This document shows positions 53,247-64,000 of a stretch of DNA of 64,000 nt, piece after piece. The position numbers were made by a program, and so were the translations under genes. Source of the DNA: Camelus dromedarius. Lineage: Eukaryota. Below the pieces are notes generated by a model. It worked only from the letters and a program-made list of their open reading frames with translations, did not search any database and was not told where the DNA came from. The stretch spans positions 119,104,001-119,168,000 of the forward strand of contig NC_087437.1 in assembly GCF_036321535.1 (NCBI RefSeq), in the 5' to 3' direction. Every line of letters begins with the position of its first letter. Positions within the stretch are counted from its first letter, which is position 1.

Positions 53247-54976
53247 TTAATAATTTAAATTGGTGCTTACATTATATACACAATTGACCATTATCCAGCC
53301 TTCACTACAAACAGTATTCAGCTCAGTTTTATTCAACTCACTTAAATATTTCACTAGGACAGGGCCTACCAAGACAGTAAGTCACAGAAACTGCTGCGGT
53401 TTTCTGAAAGTGGGTATCAAAGAGTTACGTCCTCAGTTGTGCTCCGTTATTTTATGCATAATTCCTATCACTTCCCCCAACTTCTCGGTATTTCCAGAAA
53501 TGATGGGTGTGGGGACTCATTTACTCAGTACTCACCCACTGGGGCCAGGCTGGGGACACAGTGGCCCACAGGTCAGATGTGGCCCCGTGTCCACCAGCAG
53601 AGCTCAGTGGACAAGACGGGCAGCAGAGAACACCCCCAGGTCCCCACTGATCTGACAGTCTCCACCCGGACAGCCTTCCCAATGGCCAAACAACCCAGAA
53701 AGCAGATCTATAGCTCATCAAGCCTCGCAGGTGCTCAGGAAGAGAATGCAACAGATGAATGAAAGAGAAGCTGTTCTGCAGGTGACTTGGGGCCAACAGC
53801 CCCTAGATGAAGCTCAGGGAGGCTGTGTGGGAGGATGGGCTGGACACAGGGTGCAGGCTCCGTCCCAGCGGTCAGCAGGTGCCTAGCTTACACACAGGGC
53901 CAACCTAGCCTCCACCACCCCTACCCAGGCTTGGTGGCGCCCGGCCACTGGGCTCTGATATGTGTTCTGCTGCACCAGCTCCCCATTCCCCTCTAGCCTC
54001 GCTGGCCCCCAAACCCACACTAAGTCAAAGCCCCAACCTGGGGCCCACAGGCCATGCCACTCTGCTGACCTGTCTGCTTTGTGGTTTGAAAAATAACAGG
54101 AAATTTCTCATAAAAACACAGATTTCCGTTTTCTCTTGAAAAGGTCAAAACATCTGGCAGTGTTGCCATGTGCCGGCAGGCCGGGCCAAGTCACAGCTGC
54201 CCGTCCACCCAAGGCCTTTGCTTCTCCACCCTCAGGACCTGGAGGCTGCTGAGGGTGCCCTGTCCCTCCAGGGCCACTGGGCTCATGTGGACTGCACGTG
54301 GCTGAAAGACTCGGCAACCTGAGTCATGGGAGGAACAAGTAACCGCACTTCCAGCTGAGACCAGGAGCTTGTTGGCAAAGACCACCACCATTTCACAAGG
54401 CCAGCTGACATGGCCTGGACGGGAGCTTCCGGGCAGGGTTCCCCACGCAGTTCTGACCAGTGCTCACTGTTGGATGTGGCCCGGCTGCTCTGATGGGCCA
54501 TGCACTCTGGACATTCAGGGTCTGCCAAGGACTCGGGCCCCTCTGACAGCCAGCTCGGATGCCCTGAACAGATATGCTCACTGGGGTGCTGGCATCGATG
54601 GAAAGTACACAGAGCATGTGGCCGTGGCTGGGTCAGTCCCTCACTCGAAAATGCTACGGGGGGATCGGCATTGACCAGGAAAATAAACCCGGGCTGTCCT
54701 GCCTCCTTTACCACAAGGACATGGCACAGGGCACTAGAGACAGAGCATGAGTGCCAGGGCAGCATCAGTGAAAAATCATGGCCAAGGGGAGAGGAGGCTG
54801 TCAGGAGAAACACCCACTCCCCAGCTCCTTCACTGGAGGCCCACCCCAAAGGTAAGAAAGCAGATGACAAGAGGACTGAGTGAGGGGTGCTGTGGCTCTG
54901 GACACCCGAGTATCCGCAGTGACCCTAAACATTCCCTCCCACCAATGTGCAGTTGGGAGAGCTCTGAGTTTCCCTA

Positions 54977-55162
<186 letters not shown>

Positions 55163-56859
55163 TCAGCTGGGTCACCTCCAGCTGGACGCAGGACAGGGAT
55201 GCCCACGAGTGGGACCAAGAAGCGATCGGCGTCACTTGTACATGACAAATCAGTCTACCCACTTCTCCTACCCGGGGCCCCAGGGAGAGGAGGCAGGCTG
55301 CCCATGGGCTCCCAGGCCTTGCGCCTGAAACTTGGAAATACCAGGGCAGCGAGCATCTTGAGTATTACATGTAGAGAAGTTGTAATGAGCTACTGTTAAG
55401 GAAGGTATCTGTACTCAATCTAACTCAATCAATCTGCTCAGGCAAAGGTGGGGTTCTTGTAGGTGGCTGTGAGCAGGCAGGCCTTTTTATTTAAAAAATA
55501 CTAATATTCATCCTTCAAATTAAATCAGCTGAATCAGGATCAAGGTAAAAAGTCAGACAGTAACAAAATCTCTATGGTTTTAAGGCATAACTTCATAATT
55601 GGGATCAAAACAGACTTAGAAGTTCACATGGAACAGGGAATCTTTGAATAAAAGAGAGAACTTCCTCTCTAGTGGCCTGGACACCCTGACCCATCTTTCT
55701 GCAGCCCAGGTTTATGTCAGTCAAGAAACACCTGACTTTCAGCCGCAATGGTGGCACCTATGGGCCTGCCTGGGGCTCTCCAATCAGGGTCCAGTCCAAC
55801 CAGCCCAGCGGGCCAGGCACAGTGACCATCCCCACTGCACCGGGGAGGAAATGGAGGCCCAGGAGGTGACCGAGACCACCCAGCTGTAAGTGGACACCAG
55901 GTTTGGCTGGAGAGGCCCTCAGTGCCCCACCGGCTCACAGAGGGAAGGGGGCAGGGCTCATGAAACCACGTTAAGGACGGCCAGGTAAAAAGGCAGGGTG
56001 CTGAGGTGATGCAGGATGCCACTCCAGGTTTATTTTAAAGGCTGTGGTGACAGGTGTGTACACACATCTGCGTGGACCGATCAGACTTCACACACGACCT
56101 CATTTTCTTACTTTCCCCCCCAACCTTCATATACTTCTTTTGCAATTCTATGTAAACTGAGTTTTTTCAGACTTCATAGGAAGGTGCTCTGCTCAGTGAG
56201 CGTCGCTTACAGAGGGCTGGTCGGCAAGAGGGTGGTGGCTTTTAGGGTCAAAATCAGGATTACTAAACTAAAATGCTGTTTTCACAGAGGGTCTGAGCAG
56301 GCTCTGAGAAAACCCCCCGGTTGGGGACAGTGCTCAGAACACACCGGCGGCCCAGGTCACGTTCCCTGCCCAATGCCCCTGCCCTCTCCTCCGGGCTGCT
56401 GCTGGCACAGCTCAGAGTCTGCCCTGCGGGGTCATGTGCATCCCACGCCTCATTTCCAGTTCTGCCTCATTCCTTTGTCGCACCCCATTACTGATCCCAA
56501 CGGAATCCATCTTTCTCCTGGCCTGGCCGCTCATAAACCCACCACTTGGACAGGCAGCCCCCAGGCGCCCCAAGCCCACTACAAGGGCGAGGGTCGTCGT
56601 CCAGAGCAGGAGGAATAAGGGGGAAATCACTGGTGGCCCCACCCACAGCATCGCCTGGAACATTTCTGTTCCTCGCACACTGCTGAAAACAGACCCCACG
56701 TGACATTCCATACGCTGCTTTTCTCCTACTTTCTGTCATATTGAAAGCATTTCCTCACCATTCTAAATTTAAAAACTCTTTGAGAACACACTTTTAATGA
56801 CTGCGTACCGTTCAGTCGTACAGTCTAGTTTTCTCAACTTCCCCGCGGTGGAGCATTTA

Positions 56860-57276
<417 letters not shown>

Positions 57277-60200
57277 TCAGCCGAGGGCCTTGGGACTGGC
57301 GTTGAGGCTCAGGTGAAGAATGGCCGAGCTGGAGGAGGCCCAGAAACAGTACCACCTGAGCTGACGGAGCCCCGGGCCAAGCCAGGCCTGAGCCAGCCGA
57401 GTCCTGATGGGCAGAGCGGACATTCAGATCATCTTTGTCCACGAAGCCGCACCCGCCCTCCTCCCCGCGCATCACGCATCACCCACAGAATCTTGGGATT
57501 CCTGGCAAGGAAAGAGGCCCGAACCACAGCTGTCCTGGGCCCTCCCCACCTCTGCCGACCTGACTGCAGCCCCCGTCCCTGCTCCCCCCAGCCTCAGAGG
57601 AGCCACCTTCTTCCCCGCCGCTGCACCTGCTCCTCCGAAGCCCACCATCCCGTGCCCCTTCCCTCCCATCTTGCCCTCCCCAGGCTCCTTCCCCACGGCA
57701 CATAAACACCCCCTATTTCTCCTACCTGTAAGCAAAACTGTCTTGTTCCGAGGCCCCCTTTAGTAGACATGCATCCCCACCCCCTGCCAAATACACCCCT
57801 CCCCCACAACAAAGCCTCCAGAAATACCCACATCCCAGTGTCCTGGCCTCACCTCCAGTCCCTCTTTAAAGGAGCCAAACTGCCTCCCCCCAGGGCCTCT
57901 GACAGTCCCCACTCTGCTCTCTCCCTCCAGGCGCCCAGAGCATCCCCTCGGCTCCCCATCATCCCGCCCCCAACCACAGCCAGCGGGCGCAGCGTGGAAG
58001 GCCTGCTCCCTGGGGGCACGACCAGCAGAGCCATCGGGCACCTCACTGGTTGTCTGCCTCTGCCCAAGTCTGGGGGTCTCAGGGCTTCACCCAGCACAGG
58101 CCATCAGCCCGCACTCTCCGCTCTGACTTGTTCTCTGCTCCCCCTCCCCTACCATGCCCACCTTGCTCCTTCCAGGACATGTGGCCTAAACCAGCCCCAG
58201 AAGGGAGCCCTCACTGCCCACTGGCCTTCCCACAGCCCCAGGAGCCCTGGCCCTTGTCACCTGTGCAGGTGGGCATGACACAGGTGTGTGTCCTCCAGGG
58301 CAAGGGCCTAAGGACACACTCTGTCACCCTAATTTCTGGGTCCTTGGCTCTGGCCCACTGATCAGTCCCCAGAGTCCATAAATGTTTGCAAAGTGCACAA
58401 ATCCCAGAGACTGAAGGCAGAGGTTCATTTTCTATAGTGGTTCTGACTGGGGGTCTCACTCATGGCTGCACAGTGGACCTCCACGTCCAGGAATCTCAGC
58501 CTGGGCACGGGTGACCACTGGGCCGGATCGTTCTCCAGGGTGGGGCCATCCTGCGCACCACACGTCACAGCATCCCCGGCCTCCATCCACCGGAAGCCCC
58601 CACCCGGCGCCCTCCCCAGGCAGCAGTTAGAACCAAAACGCCTCCAGCCCCTGCCCGATGCCCCGGGGGCTCAGGCCTCAGCAGCTGTTTTAACTTCTCC
58701 CAGGTGACCCCGACATGCGGCGCAGGTAGGTCCCTCGGGGAGGGGGTCTGCACGGCCCCCCGCACCCACGTGTGACCCACGTGTGTGCGTGTGCAGGACG
58801 TGTGCTTCTCAGACAAACATGCCCGTGCGTGTTTTAGTGGCTACGTAACATCCCACCCATCTCATGTATCACTGTTGACTTTATTATTTTTGACAGTGTG
58901 GGTGACTTAGTGATCCTCAGTAATGCAAGTTTTTTTTTTTTTTTTTCCTTTCCTGCTCGACTTCCTCAGCACGGATTCTTAGGACTGGGACCACCAGAGG
59001 CAAGGGCCACACCTTACTGTGCTGTTCCATCAGGTCACCAAAGACCCTTCCCACCCACAAAGGTGAGCCCCCAGCCCGGGCAGGTGGCCCCACTGGCCCT
59101 GGACCCCAGCAGCGTGGAAGGTGCACGTGTTGCCCTTGGACTCAGCTTTCTTTCCAAGAGAAGTCCCTCTCAGTACACGGAGGGAGCCCACCGCCAACTG
59201 TTCCCCTTGGCGCAGATGTGGCTTCCGCCTGGTGAGAGCGGGCTGGAAGCAGCTGTCCAGTGCCCAGGCTGTCACCACGGGTGGCTTGCCCTGCCGTGGT
59301 ATCCACAGGTCACCAGCTCAGGAATGCAGACAGCCTCAAGGACAGCCTCTCCCACCCACGCTCCTGCTGCCCTCGACCCAGGTCCACGCTCACGTTTTAA
59401 CAAAACGCAGCAACTGAGGACGGACGCCTATTATGTGGTGTACGATCAGGCCTGCCAAGATGGCTGTCCTCCTGCTCTGTGTCCACTCCTGCTCGACCAG
59501 CCCCTGCTTCACCCATACCTGCCCATGTGAACTGCTTGCCCCTCGCCCCACCTAGTGCTTGTTCTAGTCCTTAGGCCAGCACAGAGCCACCTGCCAGTTT
59601 ATCAGAGGGGAGCATCTGCCCAGTGCTGGTCGTTAGCCTGCAGGGCTGGGAGGCGCGGGCGCCCGCTGCCGGCTTCCCCGGTACCTGATGAGCCCACCTG
59701 ACGTCAATCCCCCGTAAACAGCCACAGCCGCCCTCTCCCCCGAGGAGCAGAGGCTGTTGCGTGTCCTGCCTTCGTGTGCCACCCACAGTGTGGTGTTGCT
59801 GCAGGATCCTCTGTGTAAGGTCCTCTGTCCAATAAACCACTGAAGACTCTGTCGCTGGCCCCAGCCTCTTTCTTTGGTCTCAAGGCTGGTAAACTACAGG
59901 GCCTGCGAGGTGCAGCCCCACACGTGGGCTCGGGTGCAGAGCAGGGGCGCAGGGTCATCGGAGATGGGATGGTGGGTTTCGGGGGGAGCCGCTGCACGGG
60001 AGGCTGAGGGACCCTGTCTTGCCTGAGGGCCATTTAGCTGAGTTACACCAGCGTCTGGCCACACCGGGACAGGCCCCACTCAGTGACAGCTTGAGAAAAC
60101 CTATCAGACTGCTCATTTCAGAGCGTCTCCCCAACACTGCACAAACCCTTGACTTAACGGTCTACGGATGACACCTCTGCACGTGAATAGCATAAGAAAG

Positions 60201-61920
60201 TGCCAGAGTGTGCAGATAGCACGGTGTGCAGATGAGCTCAGTTGCCAGCTTCATCCGTTGTTTTCCAGACAAAACGTCTAACCTTTGAAATTAGAAACTG
60301 CATTTCGATTCCGGGCTGCTTGGTTCTTCCTATACAATGAAGACAGACAAACGCCTGGTTTAACAGAATCTTTTGCTGACGTGTAGCAACCGCTGCTCTG
60401 ACTTCTTTAATAACTTTGTTTCATTTGTGGCCAGAGAAATAAAGGTAAAAAGAGGACATCCTCTCTTCCTGGATTTTGAGGGTCTGCCTCACCCAAGACC
60501 CTGACAGGATGTGGCATCTCTCTGCAGTCTGATGGCGCCCCCTGCACTCCTGTAGAACCGAGCGTGGCCACACAGGGCGCCATCCTGCTTCCGTCAACAA
60601 ATACAGCAGAGGCCCATCCGACAGACAGGGCATCAGAGGAAACAGTGGGGAAACGGTTGGGAACACCTGGGATGCAGGGCTCAGAAAGCAGATGGGGTCA
60701 CATGCTGGAAGTTCATCTGGAAGCTTCCGAGGCCACTCCATGCCCTGATGGACCCCGCAGAGCAGCTGGAGCTCAGGTGAAACAGGCTCACCGGCCGCTC
60801 AGAGAAGCCCCACTGTGGGAGCAGGGCCCCGCAGATGAAGGGGACAGGCGTGGTTTCAAACAGGAGCCCTCAAAGTGGAACAAACGATAAACTGAACCAA
60901 ACAAAAATACGGTGGAGGCTGCAGGAACAGACGCTGGACGCCACCAGTGGAGATTCAGGTAATGCGTTAGGTGACGGGGTTAAGGGCTCCCCAAGAGATG
61001 TGGGGTGGCCGGCACCTTAACGAGAAGCAGCATAGAGGTGCGAGGGCTGCACATAGAGGCTCCATGGGAAGGGGGTTCAGAGTCAAAGGCAAATCTGATA
61101 GGTCTCGAAGCTGACTGCCACTGGTCCCCAGGCCCCTGCCTCCCACCCGGTGTATGATGGCTCCCAGAGGAGGGAGTGACCACCCCCACCTCCGTCCTCC
61201 CTGGGTAGGAAGCAAGGCCATGCACCTCCACCCACGACCCACAGGGAGACAGCCTCAGGGACAGGATGGGGCATCCTCCACTGGTTCCCCTGGCCGCACA
61301 CGGGGATTTATACATCAGGCACATGCCAGCCACCAGCTTGGCCAGAGACAGGACCTGAGACCCTTGTGCAGGCCCAGAGAGACCCCCCCTCCCAGCCACA
61401 GGCTGGTCCAAGCACACCAGCTTTAACTGCACATGAGGCTCTCTCTCCTGTGTGGATCCCCAGACAGGCAGGCTTAAAGTGAAAACGGTCTCCTGGGAGC
61501 AGCCAGGCCCTGCCTGGGTCCAGGATCCAGGGACAGAGGAGAGCAGACAGTTAAGAAAGGTCCAGCTGACAAAGATGCAGAAGTCCCCGCCCCCAGCCAT
61601 CACCCCACCTCTCCGCGTACTTCTCTCGCCCGGAGAACAAATCCTACACGGCCGCTCACGGCTGCAGGGAGGATGAAACCCCCTGCTTCTCACACGTGGG
61701 CCAGTGGAACATGTGGAATAACAGGAAGTCAGAGCATAAACTTCTTTTTACACGGGACATTTCCACCTGTGAGTAACAGCCGCCTGAAAGCAGACGGAAC
61801 GGAGGAGGACGTCGAAGGAGAGGCTGTGAGATCCACCTTGACTCCCCGCGGAGGCGCACGGTTCCCACCCGGTCGGGCAGCAGCATCCGCTCGGGTGGCG
61901 CGGGCCGGGCGGCCGCTCAC

Positions 61921-62008
61921 CTGTCCTGCAGTTGTGAAACTCCAGGGCGCTCTCGATGCGGAAGGTCTTCTCGCAGGTGCCGCAGCGGTACCTGTACTCG
62001 CTGTCCAC
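61921..62008 (-). CDS. PRDM15: PRDM15 coding exon (88 nt)
   Basis: CAG|...[36 protein letters not shown]. Confidence 0.95.
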
Positions 62009-62371
62009 CTGGTGGGAGGGGCCGTGGTGAGAGGAGGGCCGGCGGCAGGTGCGGCGAGGCCGCCCTCCTCCACGGGGAGCCTCTTCACCCACCGCCCGGT
62101 GTGTGTGGCTCACGACCCTTTCCTCTCCAGCCCTCCTGCCCAGCTTAGGGACATGAACAATTTTCAGTCTGGCCACCCCGCGGCCTAGGAAAAGAATCCC
62201 ACGTTCAGGTGCCCTCACTGCGCACGTCCGCCACCCGCGCCCCCCTGGCTCGTCCCCGAGCCCTGTCCGCGCCTGCCCAGGCCCCGGGCCCCCTCCCCTC
62301 TCTCGTGACTCTTGCTTCAATGTGATCTGTTCTCCTCTGTTTCCAGGAAGAGCCCCAGTCCGCTCACCCAC

Positions 62372-62466
62372 CTCGTTCCTGCTGTGCTTGTAGGAGACGT
62401 GCTGCTTCAGACTCTCCTTGCGGCTGAACAGCTTTGCACATTCCTCACATTTAAACAGCTTGTCAC
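62372..62466 (-). CDS. PRDM15: PRDM15 coding exon (95 nt)
   Basis: TAG|...GAG|GTGGGT; (G)[31 protein letters not shown]; phases match both neighbours. Confidence 0.95.
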
Positions 62467-62801
62467 CTAAGGAATAACCAGAAAAGAGCTGCTTCACTTC
62501 TACAGGTGAGCTCGGAAACCACGGGGCCCACCTCGGACATGCTGCCCAGCCCCCTGCTCAGACAGGCAGCCCTGCACCGACACTGAGGCAGAAGAGGACC
62601 TGGAGACGGGCGGCCTCCCCTTTTTCCTACCCCTCAAGGTGACCCCATCACTGTCCCCCCAGGTACCCCCATCCCCCAGACACCCCCATCCCCGCCCCTG
62701 AAGTGTCCCCAACCCCCAAGCACCCCCATCCCCACAGGGGCCCCCCATCCCCATCTCCCCACCCCAAACGCCCACCCAGGGGCGTGGCCGCAGGGACTCA
62801 C

Positions 62802-62983
62802 CATGTGAGCGCACGTGCCTGCTCAGGTTGCTGCTGTTCTGGAAGACCTTGCTGCAGATGCTGCACTGGTAGACCCGCCTGTGCTCCCCGAGCTGCCGGA
62901 CCAGCTTTCGCCGGATGCCGTGTCGGCTGGAGAGAATGAGGCTCCTCTTGAGGGTGATGGTGCCGCTCTGATGATGGGGGAAC
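62802..62983 (-). CDS. PRDM15: PRDM15 coding exon, 1st in window (182 nt); upstream exons including the PR/SET domain lie beyond the right edge
   Basis: CAG|G...G|GTGAGT; encodes [60 protein letters not shown] (C2H2 finger). This frame is missing from the ORF track and was translated by hand. Confidence 0.93.
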
Positions 62984-63649
62984 CTGCCAGGTTAGACACA
63001 CACACTGGTAAGACAGCTGGGACACAAGGTCGCTGGAGAAAAAGTCCAGAGTTACATCATCTTGGAAAGAGCTCCTTTCAAATCTTCCCAGCCTGACGGG
63101 GGCAGGGCAGGGACCATGCCTGGTGTCCCTCCAGCTTTGGGCTGTCTGGAGGGGACAGACACCCTGAACGTGCAGTGGCATCAGTTAACTTTTCACGTAC
63201 CAGCCACACATGTTACTGGGCTTTAGCTCTGCCTGCCAGGAAGCTGGAATTCAGTCTGGGCCTCGGCTAAAGTAACCAGATCTGTTCTTTTTCACTGGGT
63301 CTTACCTCTACCCTGGTTCCTATTTCCCCTGAACCTGATTTTTCAAATTTCTTCTCCCTATTAAATGTGTTTCTGATGGAAAGTCACCAATATCCTCTGG
63401 CGTAAGGCAGAGTGAAAATGGGCTATATTCACCATTTCTGACATCGCTCTGTTTTTAGGATTTCCGCAGGTTCCCGGACTACCCAGGGCCAGGCAGGTTT
63501 TGACCAGGCAGGCTTTGACACTCCAGAAAGGGCCCTAGTTTATTCCACTTCAGGGCAAAAAAAATTATATAAGAATAATAACTAAAATATAAATATTTTC
63601 TCTATTCATAAAAAGAAGAAGAACACCAAGTGTTAAACTTACAGAAATT

Positions 63650-64000
63650 CAAACTGTTTTATCACAGCAGCACTACTCACAACAGCCAAGGCAGAAAACA
63701 CAAGTGTCCTTGATGGAAGAGCGGATACACAAAATGTGGCCCGTCCACAGGACGGCGTATTATGCCGCCTGAGGTGGAAGGGAATTTTGGCACCTGCTGC
63801 AGCAGGGACGTGCCCTGAGGACACTGTGCGGAGCGAGACGGGCCAGGCACAGAGGGACCGACGCTGTCCGATCCCCCTACGTCAGGTGCCTGGAGGCAGA
63901 GGGGCCTCATGCAGGGTCTTCACAGAGACGGAAAGCAGCCCGTGGGTACCCGGGGCGGGGAAGGGGGTGGGGGAGTTACGGCTGTGTATGTGTGGAGTTT
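63650..64000 (+). mobile_element. Old L1 (L1M) 3' region, strongly GC-shifted
   Basis: Colinear by eye with ~15262-15580 (CAGCAGCACTA..., CACAGAGACGGAAAG...). Confidence 0.75.

Overview
GC-rich mammalian (placental) genomic DNA, not a prokaryotic accessory region. It holds two genes, both on the minus strand. The first is RIPK4: coding exon 1 (7847-8028), its CpG-island promoter, and the first ~7.8 kb of intron 1. The second is PRDM15: the last 16 coding exons (62983 down to the stop at 36777) plus the 3' UTR. All 16 exons have GT-AG boundaries and splice in frame into ~809 aa of zinc-finger array and low-complexity tail. The RIPK4-PRDM15 order matches human 21q22.3 as I recall it. The tRNA-derived SINE family present suggests a camelid host (inference). 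The rest is intronic or intergenic DNA with SINEs, L1 and L2 fragments, LTRs, hAT relics and simple repeats; nearly all ORF-track entries are noise. I found no convincing new biological system. The best second-look items are: a TSD-bounded, 5'-inverted L1 with a very large internal gap; four L1 3'-end fragments sharing almost the same 5' breakpoint; a 155-bp retroposed insert of unknown origin in RIPK4 intron 1; an L1 relic with strong AT-to-GC drift relative to a homologous copy in the window; and G-rich repeats just downstream of PRDM15 splice donors. Repeat family names come from recalled consensus motifs, not from a database search.
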